A stretch of DNA of 63,592 nucleotides, filler included, from Octopus bimaculoides (taxonomy: Eukaryota), in NCBI RefSeq assembly GCF_001194135.2. It is 4 parts of 4 records of this genome, joined end to end, with 100 filler letters (N's around TTAATTAATTAA, not from the genome) between each part and the next. Parts side by side here need not be neighbours in the genome. Positions count along the whole stretch, not along the records: positions 52,814 to 61,629 come from NC_068987.1; positions 61,730 to 63,592 come from NW_026377314.1; 2 more parts are not named here. One strand, given 5' to 3'. Position numbers and translations under genes: made by a program. Under the pieces are notes generated by a model, which made no database searches, was not told the DNA's origin, and saw only the letters and a list, made by a program, of their open reading frames with translations. Of this stretch, positions 52,928-63,592 are shown one piece after another (the stretch's first letter is position 1; each line of letters opens with the position of its first letter).

Positions 52928-53559
52928 TATAATAATAATAATAATAAATGGAAAGTTTGTGGGTTTGTGAATTTGTTACTTTAACTCCTCCGAGACTATC
53001 CAAACAGACCTTAATGAAACTTGATACGTGTGTGGGGCATATGTCCTTGCGGTCATTTACGCATTTGGAATTTTAAAAAAATCAAAGACATTTCAAATGT
53101 GACCGTCTTGCCTTTTATTAACTCATTGCCTGTCCAAGGCATAATCATAAATCTGTCCTAAACGTCCGTGCTTGTTTTCAGGTTTTTAGTTAGCTCTTTT
53201 TTCCATCCATTCTGAGTAATATAAAGCTTTGCTTTCTTTCACAAGCCCCATGTTATTTTGGTGGTTGAAGAAAATTGGAAATATATATCGTAATACATGG
53301 ATGCCTGGGAAAAACCTCCTATGTATCGCATGTGATACACAGGACAAGCAACGGATTAAGAAACATTGTGTCTAATACTGTATTATCCCATATTAGCTTT
53401 AGCAGCTCTAGTTGATTGACAAAATCGCTAACGCATCGGATGAAATGTTTAGCGGCATTTCTTCCGGACTTCTACGTTTTGAGTTCAAATACCGCTGACG
53501 TCAATTTTGCTTTTCATCCTTTCCAGTCAATATTACTGGTCTTGTGTTAATATTTGAGA

Positions 53560-53725
53560 GGACACCTTAAAAATTGATGGGGACGGCATACTGAGTGACT
53601 TAAAAAAAAGAAGTAGGGATCCAACAAGGGAGGAGCAGAAAAGATAACCCATTGTTGAGAAGAGTGGAGAAAAGTAATCGATGGCTTATGCTCCATAGGG
53701 ACGGAAGGGTTTAATTAAGTAATGG
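53560..53725 (+). mobile_element. RTE-like LINE extreme 3' end
   Basis: EEWRKVIDGLCSIGTEG followed by a TTAATTAAGTAA-type tail. Confidence 0.45.
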
Positions 53726-53950
53726 CTCGTGTCATTAATCATTAAGACATTCTCATTCACGAGTGACGACCACGACTGTACTTCGTTGTAATGAATACGT
53801 GTGAATGGATGTGTATACACAGTGTGTTCGGGCAAAATTTGACGATTCATTATGTCTCTTTATTCAGGAAGAGCTTGATGCATTGGTGAACAGTCAGCGG
53901 CGTTGGAGAGCATAAAGATTAAAGTTGTAGTCGAGGAAAAGTTTGTAGAC

Positions 53951-54352
53951 AGGCGTAGGAGTGGCTGTGAGGTAAGTAGCTTGCTTACTAACCACATGGT
54001 TCTGGGTTCAGTCCCACTGCGTGGCACCTTCGGCAAGTGTCTTCCACTATAGCCTCGGGCCGACCAAAGCTTTGTGAGTGGATTTGGTAGACGGAAACTG
54101 AAAGAAGCCCGTCGTATATATATGTATATATATATATGTATGTGTGTGTTTATGTTTGTGTCTGTGCTTGTCTCCCACCCCCCAGCATTGCTTGACAACC
54201 GATGCTGATGTGTTTATGTCCCCGTAACTTAGCTGTTCGGCAAAAGAGACCGATAGAATAAGTACTAGGCTTCCAAAGAATAAGTCCTGGGGTCGATTTG
54301 CTCGACTAAAAAGGCGGTGCTCCAGCATGACCGCAGTCAAATGTCTGAAATG
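53951..54352 (+). mobile_element. SINE family C full copy (tRNA-like head, CORE-like body, internal microsatellite, tail)
   Basis: GGCGTAGGAGTGGCTGTGAGGTAAG...GGGTTCAGTCCC; ...GAAAGAAGCCCGTCG-(TA/TG)n-...CCAGCATGACCGCAGTC. Confidence 0.88.
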
Positions 54353-55494
54353 TTTCATAGAGTAAAAGAGTAAAAGACATGATGGACTGGAAGCCATCTG
54401 AATACCTCCTGTACCATGGTGATTCGCGCCGGGCTATCGGAATACCGACTTCATGACTGCTGTTCAAAGCTCTGCGAACCCTGCAAAGACTATAAGACGT
54501 GACGTGGAAAGCTGTAACGGAGACTACGAAACCGTAGCCAGCATGAAGCGACACAATAGGTAAGTGTTCTGATTGCGTCCACACACCCAGGGGTTCATGC
54601 AACAACTGCAGGACAGTGCCTTAGACTCGCACGCATGCATATGTATCGTCATCGTTGTTGCTGTTGTTGTTGTTGCTTGTGCTATTGCCTTTGTTGTGGC
54701 TGCTGTTGTCCTTTAACCCTGCGTCAACTCTCATTGAGCAGATGTATCGACTTGAGGTACTCCAGCAATGACCGTCCTGATTGTGTTCATGCGCGCGTAT
54801 GTATGTGTGTGCACGTGTCTGTATGTTACCGTGCCTGTGTGTGTGTGTGTGTGTGTGTGTGTGGTTAGTTTTTCTTCCTGTACCGCCCCTCCACCTCACT
54901 TCCTATCAATGTCTTGTTTTTGGCGGGATGCTAGGTTGAGGAGGTCATTTTGACCAAATTACTGAAACAGTAATCAATAAATCCGTACCAAGTGACACTA
55001 GTTTCTGGCGGTTACACGCCACACACATATATGCATGCACACGCACTCAAGTAGACACACACACACACACACACATACACACACACACACAAACACTCAC
55101 ACCGACTTTTTCTCTTTCTCAAGCACACACACACATGCAGACGCATAAACGTTAAATCAACTAATTACACACATACGAACACGCACACGCACACACACAC
55201 ACGCACATACATAAATGTTCAATGAGACACATAGAGAAAGATACATATACACATATACACCTGCTCACACACGCACACACACATACACACTCTCTCTCAC
55301 ACACACACACACACGCACGCACACATACACACACGTGCGCGCGCACGCACACACATATATTATGCGTGTGTATATGTGTATGTAGCTATACGTGCCCTTT
55401 ATATACCTGTGTCTGTATGTATTCGTGTATGTGTGTATGTGCAGGTATATATGTGTGTATATATCTTTCTGTATGCGTCTGTATGAACACTTAT

Positions 55495-55563
<69 letters not shown>

Positions 55564-55989
55564 CTGTGTTTGTACCCCCAACATCGCTTGACATGCGATG
55601 CTGGCGTGTTTACGTCCTCGTAACTTAGCGGTTCGGCAAAAAGAGATCAATAGAATAAGTAGTAGGCTTACAAAGAATAAGTCCTGAGTCGATTTACTAG
55701 ACTAAAAAAAAGGTGTTGCTCCAGCATGGCTGCAGTCAAATGACTGAAACAAGTAAAAGAATAAAAGAATATATATGTGTGTGTGACGGGCTTCTTTTAG
55801 TTTTCCTCTACGAGAACCACTCACAAGCCTTTGGTCGGCCCGAGGCTATAGTAGAAGATACTTGCCCAAGGTGCCACGCAGTGGGACTGAACCCGGAACC
55901 ATGTGGTTGGGAAGCAAGCTTCTTACCACACAGCCGCACCAATATAAAACCCTCTTCTATCTTATCTTTTATAGTTTATTCTCCTATTT

Positions 55990-56460
55990 GTTTCAGTCAG
56001 ACTGCGGCCATGCTGGGGTACCGCTTTGAAGAATTTTTATTCGTATGAATCAATCCCAGTACCTTGTTTTTGTTTTTCTGAGCCTATAACTTATTCTGTT
56101 GGTATTTTAAGCCGAACCGCTAGGTTATGGGGACGTAAACACTCCAAAACCGGTTATTAAGCGGTGGTGGACAAACACAGACACAAAGACATAAACATGC
56201 ACATACGAACACGCACACGCACACACATATTCACGCACACATACGCGCACGCACGCATACGCACGCACACGCACGCATACGCATGCTCATGCACGCACAC
56301 GTATACGACGGGCTTCTTTCAGTTTCCGTCTACGAAATCCGCTTACAAGGCTTTGGTTGGCTCGAAGCCATAGTTGAAAAAACTTGCTCATGGTGCTACA
56401 CAGTAGACTGAACTCGGAACCATGTGGTTGGAACGCAAGCTTCTTACCACACAGCCACGT
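55990..56460 (-). mobile_element. SINE family C full copy (partial copies at 55560-55770 +, 55785-55940 -, 57955-58380 -)
   Basis: Same head, body and tail motifs in reverse complement. Confidence 0.8.
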
Positions 56461-57506
56461 CTGAGACTATCAAGACGTCTTCTTTTTCTTTCTGAATTTA
56501 TTAATTTCTTGAATCATCGGTAAACGGCTTGATGTATTTTTCATAGACAACAACAGCGTGAACACTAGAGCGGTAATCGCCGGGGCGCCATTTTGCGATT
56601 CTTCCAGGGTTGACCTGACCTAGGGCTAATCAACAATAGTAACAACAACAACAACAACAACAACAACAATTTATGTAACTCAACCTCTCTTTTATAAATA
56701 CATTCTTTGTCTTTATATATATATGTTTATATANNNNNNNNNNTGATAATGACAATGTTATTTGTGCTGCTGCTGCTGCTGCTTCTGTCGTCATTGCTGT
56801 TGTTGTTGTTGGTGTTGTTTGTGTTTTCCTCTTTCTTTGTCTCTGGGACATTTTTTCTTCTTCTTCTTCTTCTTCTTCTTCTTCGTCTTCTTCTTCTTCT
56901 TCTTCTTCTCTCAATTACGATACCATTCAATTGTAAGATTTGTTTCACGTCAGTCTCTTTCATCTCTGCGCTCTATCGATCCATTACGTTACCAATTCAA
57001 AAATTCTTTTATTCTATTATTCTATCATTTTATTATTCCATTAATCTTTTACAAGTTTTAGTCTTTGGAACGTGGCCATACGAGATGCATCGCCTCCAAC
57101 TTCAAGGGTTAACAGTCGATTATATCGACCGCCCTGCATCCCGACATATTAATCATTGTTATATTTCTTCCATTCGTGGGAGACAGATGGTTAAGTCCAT
57201 TTTGGCGCAAAGGAACATCACTCGGTCTGTTATATCGACGATGTGATTTTAGTAGATTTTTATTTTCTTTATCGAGATTTTTTTCTTTTCATATTATTGA
57301 ATGTGTTCTTTGTAGTATGTTTGGAACATTACAATTAATTCCAAAATCAATCCTCGCTGTTTTTAGACGTTCACGGTCTCATCTTTAGTATGAAGTGGTA
57401 TTGGAGTGTGTTGCGGCCTTTTTAGAGTAAAGAGGGCAGCTAAATGTAATTACCGTAAACTCTGCCACTGAAACTGTTAGATTTATAGTTAATGTTCTGT
57501 TCAACT

Positions 57507-57830
57507 GTGAAGGTGCGTGGCTTAGTGGTTAGGTCATTCGGCTCACCACCGTAAGGTCATGAGTTCAATTCCCGGCGACGCGTTGTGTCCTGGAGCAAGA
57601 CACTTTATTTCACGTTGCTCCAGTCCACTCGGCTGGCAAAAATGAGTAGTACCTGTATTTGAAAGGGACCAGCCTTGTCACATTCTATGTCACTCTGAAT
57701 CTCCCCGAGAACTACGTTCAGGGTACACGTGTCTGTGGTGTACTCAACCACTTGCACGTTAATTTCACGAGCAGGCTGTTCCGTTGATCGGATCAACTGG
57801 AAAATTCGTCGCCTTTGTAACTGACGAAGT
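57507..57830 (+). mobile_element. CORE-type SINE (family D) carrying tail T1
   Basis: CORE-like GAGCAAGACACTTTATTTCACGTTGCTCCAGTCCACTC then the same T1 tail as family B. Confidence 0.85.
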
Positions 57831-58399
57831 GCTGTTCTATCAGCAATCGTTTGTTTTCGTGGTGAATTTTGTCGAGTAAATATGTGAAGTCAATTGCTGT
57901 TTACTGTCTTTTATCGCTGTATCTTAGCGTCTATTTTGTACCTGTTTTTGTCGTTAGACTGCGGCCATGCTACGGCACCGCTTTGAAGGTCTTTTTTTAA
58001 AAATTCTAGTCGAACAATTCGACTCCAGTACATGTTTGCTTAAAGTCTGGCATTTAATCTCTCCGTTCCTTTTTTTCCGAACCACTAAAATACGAGGACG
58101 AAAACAAACCAACACTAGTTGGATGGGGTGGGGACAAACGCTGACTCAAAGAGACACACACATACGTACATACATACATACATACATACACACATACATA
58201 CGTACACACATATATACGTACATACATATATACGTACACACATACACATGTACAACACACACACACACACACGCACACACGCACGCACACACATACATAC
58301 ACACACACGACGTGATTTCACAGTTTCCATTTGCAAATTCATTCGCAAAGCTTTGACCGGCTCGACGCACTGTGAGATTGAACCATTTATCCAAACGTT

Positions 58400-58880
58400 T
58401 TCTCCGCCTAGTATTCTTCGGAGGGTCGCGGGGATGGAGTCCTCAGGCTCCTCCTCCATATGGTCCCATTAGAAGCAACCGTTATTAGATTATGCGGTTG
58501 GAATCCCAAGCGTGAACAACTAAGACTGTGAAGATTACCCAACCACCTCGTTTTTGGTCTACCCCTAATATCCTACAGGTGGGTTCGGCTTGAAGAGTCC
58601 ATTTTGTGATTCTTTTTGGCGAAATTCTATTCACACGTCCATAGAACAAGTGCTGTAGCCTCTTAATACAGAGACGTAACTGCCGGACCAGAGACACTCC
58701 GTGGTCTTTGAGTTATGTGTCCCCTTGATTAACATTTCTAGAGGGATCCATTGGAGAAACCCCTTTTCTACCGTTTGTATTCGCAGTCGTACTCTTTTGA
58801 TCATTACCTGGCATTCGTGACCATTGAAAAAGTCGAGATTGTTTTTTGTCTTATCAACCCTCCACCTTTGAGGATCGAAT
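58400..58880 (-). mobile_element. Decayed LINE C-terminal remnant
   Basis: KRLQHLFYGRVNRISPKRITKWTL resembles the RRLxxxGHVxRM..R.PK pattern; weak. Confidence 0.35.
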
Positions 58881-58894
58881 GCTGTACCTGGTGC

Positions 58895-59135
58895 ATTACT
58901 CTACGGGAACCTTCCACTGGGTACACTTTGAATCGGAAGCATCCAAAATTAATCTTGTGGAATCCACTTCATGGTGACGTAAGAAGAGGAAAGCGTCGTC
59001 ACATTTACATCGACAACTTGATTGCAGGCACTGACCCAGGATGCACACAAGACTTCGAGGCCGTGATAGTGGATCGTGGGGCGTGGCGGGTGAACTTTGT
59101 TGCTGCGGCCCGGGTTGGAACCCGGCCATAATGAA
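58895..59135 (+). mobile_element. RTE-type LINE 3' end
   Basis: HPKLILWNPLHGDVRRGKRRHIYIDNL...VIVDRGAWR. Confidence 0.7.
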
Positions 59136-59879
59136 AACAACCCTGCAATTGTTGATAGCTGCTGATAAAATTTTTAATTTGAGCCCCGGATTAAAATGAG
59201 AGCAGGATCTCCGTAGACACACATTTCTGACTTTACCCTTCTGAAGATGGGCTTTTGTGTTTAAAGTATATAAAGGCTTTTCAATTTACTTTTTTCCATT
59301 GTTAGAAACTTTCCGCATTTCCCTTTTCGTTCATTATTCGACTTCTTAAATTTAAGTATTTTTATATTATGTTATAAGTGTTATAATTATAACACACTAT
59401 GTGTTCTGTTTGATATAGGTTTTGATAATGTGTTTATCTGTTCTGTAGTTTATAATTACTTTGCTTCATATAACACACATCATGCGTGCTCTGTCTCTAC
59501 TTAATATATTTGTTGCGTTACATTTATGATTGTATTTTTATATTGCTTTGTCTATTTTCATTTTATCGACTCCCGCTGGTTGAGAAGCAAACTCGACCTC
59601 GGCAGCATTTAAACGCAGAACGTAAAGAACCGGAAGAAAAGCTGTTAAGAATTTTGTCCGGCACGCCACTTTGATTAACAACAACAACAACAACAATAAT
59701 GATAATAATAATGATTTCTTTATTAACCACAAGGGTTTACATTAAGAAAAACATTATGGGACAAAGAACGTGTGTGAGTGTGTGTTGTTGTGAGGGTTTT
59801 GCGTGTAAACAAGACTAACAAAATTTTAAAAAGAAATATTATTATTATTATCATTGTTCAGGAAGGACTATGGACAATG

Positions 59880-59945
<66 letters not shown>

Positions 59946-59961
59946 GTAATAATAATAATAA

Positions 59962-60240
59962 TGATACAACTATGACGAATTGAAGTGAGAAGTACGCAGG
60001 TTGTGGGTAATGAAGAGAATGGACGAGGTAGCATCAATAATTGGCAGACTTGGAAGTATTAGCCCTCATCTACCAACATGGCTCAAAAAAGATTGATGCA
60101 AATGTAAAGGTAGAACACCTACAAAAATCATCATTGCTTGAAACTGCAAGAATTCTCTGCAGAGTTTTTGGAGCATGACCATTAAACAAGTGTCACCTTA
60201 GTCTGCTGGCTGTGGGCAGCTGACATGATTATATACAGCA
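59962..60240 (+). mobile_element. R4/Dong-type RLE LINE 3' end (third subfamily)
   Basis: YDELK.EVRRLWVMKR...IIGRLGSI...VEHLQKSSLLETARILCRVFGA*. Preceded by (AAT)n. Confidence 0.8.
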
Positions 60241-60276
60241 AAATAAAGAGAATTTTCATAAAATAATAATAACAAT

Positions 60277-60492
60277 ATTCCTTTCTACTATAGGCATAAG
60301 AGCTGAAATTTGGGGAGGCAGATAGTCGATTACATCGACCCCAGTGCGTAACTGGTACTTATTTCATCAACTCCAAAACAGATGAAAGGCAAAGTCGACT
60401 TCGGCGGAATTTGAACTCAGAACGTAGCGACGGGCGAAATACCGCTAAGAATTTCGTCTAGCGTGCTAACGATTCTGCCAGCTCGCCGCCTG
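60277..60492 (-). mobile_element. SINE family A copy (further remnants at 53425-53530 + and 59555-59670 -)
   Basis: Head, body and tail motifs as above. Confidence 0.85.
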
Positions 60493-60515
60493 AATAATAA
60501 TAATANNNNNNNNNN

Positions 60516-60648
<133 letters not shown>

Positions 60649-61597
60649 AATAATGACGATGATGATGACGATTACTTTTATTTTCCCTCAGGTTGTCGGG
60701 CGAATTGATCATCGAAATTGAGTAACGTCAAATAAGAATTGTTAAAACGGAGTGGTCGTTTGGGAAACGTCTAGATGCAGCCGCTCGATATACTGTAATA
60801 CTCGGGTGGAAATACAGAGGAAATCAGATATCCAGTTCAATACTCACCTCCTGGAAACTTAGGTACCTTTAGTGTTGCAAACACTTCGGGTCAGGGCTCC
60901 GGCTCAAGAGTAACACCACATCACCTTTTCGTTTTCTTCCATCCCTTTCCCTCCTCTCCCTCCCTTTCTTCCCTTCATATTTTCGTCTTCCCTTCATATT
61001 TTCGTCTTCCTTCATCCATATCTCCTACAAATCTCACATCCCCTTTAAAGGATCATGGTTATTCCCTAAACTTCTAATCAAAAAGCAAAGATATGAAAAA
61101 AAAAAAAATCCGTGGTTGTTTTCAACTAAATAAATTTACGTTCTGAGTTCGATTCCAACCGAGAGTCAGTAATGTAAAACAGAATAAGTACAAATTAAGT
61201 AGCGAATGATCGTTATACTCCAGGGGTTCCCCCTTTCTTCAAATTTATGGTTTTATACACATGTAGGAAATCAATATCATATCAGGTTGAACATCCTTTT
61301 CACCGTTCTTAAATCGATAACATACCTGTCAAATGATACGATAAGGGTACTCAATTAATCCACTTTTCCAAAATATGCACCCTTTTACCTGGTACGATTC
61401 AGGGTGGTTGTTGTTATTGTTGTTATATTTGTTGTTGTTGTTATTATTATTGTTATTATTGTTATTAATATTATTACTGTTATTACTGCTTTCGTTGTTA
61501 TTAGTGTTATTGTGGTTGCTGTAACCAATTAAGTGCATATTTATGTATATATGTATATATGTATATATCTATATATATATATGTATGTATATGTATA

Positions 61598-61629
<32 letters not shown>

Positions 61630-62054
61630 NNNNNNNNNNNNNNNNNNNNNNNNNNNNNNNNNNNNNNNNNNNNTTAATTAATTAANNNNNNNNNNNNNNN
61701 NNNNNNNNNNNNNNNNNNNNNNNNNNNNNTTTTTTTTCCATTCACCCGATTAAACGATCCTTAAATATATTTCTTTATGTGCAGCACTATTAGACCACGT
61801 CTAGTTTTCGGGCTACGATGATTCTATCACAGGATCGCCATCAAATTGGGTTTGGAAAACCGATGTAATATTTCGTCGGATGAAGATTATATAGTCGAAA
61901 CTACGAAGTAACTGTCAGCCTTTTCTGTGTAAAAAAAAAAAACGAATATGACTTACTGGAAAGTATTGAGTTTAATGTTTGAACGTTTCTTTGTTGTCTA
62001 ATATAAAACAAGCATTGATGGAAGGATAGATAGATAGATGATAGATAGATAGAT

Positions 62055-62106
<52 letters not shown>

Positions 62107-62230
62107 CAAGGTAGAAAGATAGACCAACAGACGGACATAGATAAACAACCACATATAGATAGACACAGACAACCACACAGACATAGGTATAAATACATAC
62201 ATTCAAACACACACACGTGCGTGTGTGTGC

Positions 62231-62339
<109 letters not shown>

Positions 62340-62378
62340 CTGTTCTAAATTTTAACCATTTTTGTCTCTTCTTTTCAG

Positions 62379-62510
62379 CGGCCTTTCTCATTGCTTATTT
62401 GGTGCTTCAGCTCTTGATTGGTAAACCAATGTATTTTATGGAATTAGTAATGGGACAATACTTAGCAAAGGGCCCAACAGGGGTTTGGGAAATGAATCCC
62501 AGCGGAAAAG
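62379..62510 (+). CDS. SLC6 (Na+/Cl- neurotransmitter/amino-acid symporter), TM2 exon
   Basis: Acceptor tcttcttttcAG and donor GTaaag. 132 nt, phase 1-1: (A)AFLIAYLVLQLLIGKPMYFMELVMGQYLAKGPTGVWEMNPSGK. Matches the SLC6 GGxFLxPY...GxPxxxxExxxGQ pattern. Confidence 0.94.
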
Positions 62511-62694
62511 GTAAAGTTTGTTTATTTATTGTTTATATAAATTGTACGTTCGATTTCTCTGATTTAATTTGATATAGGTACATCATCAATTTTTCCGGGA
62601 CCTTTACTTGAAACTATTTTACTAAACAGGGGTGGCCACCTTTATCAATACACTTTAAGTTCAACAAAAGACAAATTTACATAAATAATATAGG

Positions 62695-63070
62695 CTCAGG
62701 CGTAGCTGTGTGGTAAGGAGCTTGCTTCTCAACCACATAGTTCTGGGCTCAGTTCCACTGTGTGGCACCTTGGGCAACTGTCTTCTATTATAGCCTCAGG
62801 ATAACCAAAGCCTTGTGAGTGGATTTGGTAGACGGAAACTGAAAGAAGCCCGTCGTGTGTGTGTGTGTGTGTGTGTGTCTGCGATTATACTCGCTACCAT
62901 CGCTTGGCAACCGATGTTGATGTGTTTATGCCCCCGGAACTTAGCGGTTCGGCAAAGAATGCGATAAAATAAGTATAGGCTTACAAAGAAATCCTGGGGT
63001 CGATTTGTTCGACTAAAAGCCCTTAAGGTGGTGCTCCAGCATGGCCGCAGTCAAAGAGTGAAACAAATAA
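62695..63070 (+). mobile_element. SINE family C full copy in an SLC6 intron
   Basis: Same modules with an internal (TG)n. Confidence 0.88.
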
Positions 63071-63509
63071 AATAATAAAAATTAAATGAAATACTTGCAC
63101 ATTGGTGTACCAGACCACCTTTGGTTCCTGACCATCACCTTCCAAAATTTACATTCGCCTCTTTCTGTTTTCCCTTTACTCTCTTCTTTTTCTTTTTCCT
63201 TTTTTGGCGCATATTTTTGCTTCACGGCTGTATGCGGAGTAAAAATCCAAATTTAAGGGGAAAATATTCCTACAACTTTGTCCATTAATGTTTCTTTATT
63301 GTATTAAATTTCACTATTCATATCTACATGAATTAAATGTGAAATATTAACGAACGAAAGGTTATTATCGATTTCATCGATTTTAGCCATCTCCTGAAAA
63401 ATAATAACCATGCACTTTTGTTTACCCTGAAAAATGTCAATATTAAAAAAGAAAGACGAAATAAAGAAAGATTTTCGACAAACAAAACCTCATTTATCTT
63501 CTGTTTCAG

Positions 63510-63592
63510 GAATTGGAATCTCTATGGCTATGATCTCCCTTATTGTTGCCATTTATTACAACGTCATCATGGCATATACATTATTTTATTTC
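63510..63592 (+). CDS. SLC6 transporter, TM3 exon (runs off window)
   Basis: Acceptor tctgtttcAG. (G)IGISMAMISLIVAIYYNVIMAYTLFYF contains the SLC6 TM3 YYN motif and is in frame with 62379-62510. Confidence 0.94.

Noticed and set aside
60755-60790. RLGNV as the SLC6 GLGNVWRFP motif
   Set aside because: Followed directly by TAG and lacks WRFP and the upstream motif.

Overview
AT-rich, microsatellite-saturated animal genomic DNA from a gapped draft assembly. The repeat families and SSR load suggest an octopod cephalopod; this is pattern recognition, not a database result. Almost all ORFs in the supplied track are microsatellite read-throughs. Real coding signal comes from three spliced membrane-protein genes, each only partly present. 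(1) A class B1 (secretin-family, CRF/DH44-receptor-like) GPCR on the minus strand, with the TM1 exon at 21851-21957 and the TM2 exon at 14859-14985. (2) An SLC22/organic-cation-transporter-like MFS gene on the plus strand, with four exons at 36005-46886 covering the N-terminal half only. (3) An SLC6 neurotransmitter/amino-acid transporter on the plus strand, with two exons at 62379-63592 running off the window. An unexplained 174-codon non-repetitive antisense ORF (43579-44103) lies in SLC22 intron 2. The rest is decayed mobile DNA: mariner and DD37D (maT) transposon relics, a Penelope-like element, R4/Dong-type RLE LINEs stacked in (AAT)n tracts, RTE/CR1 fragments, and at least four tRNA-headed SINE families that swap modules. 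The most unusual non-coding structures are a ~400-bp inverted repeat carrying hammerhead-ribozyme-like cores in both arms (51575-52620), further minimal hammerhead relics, and a ~570-bp non-coding element found only in AAT tracts. Three 100-bp N spacers containing TTAATTAATTAA mark joins of unknown size and may hide the missing exons. No CRISPR, rRNA or credible tRNA genes were found.
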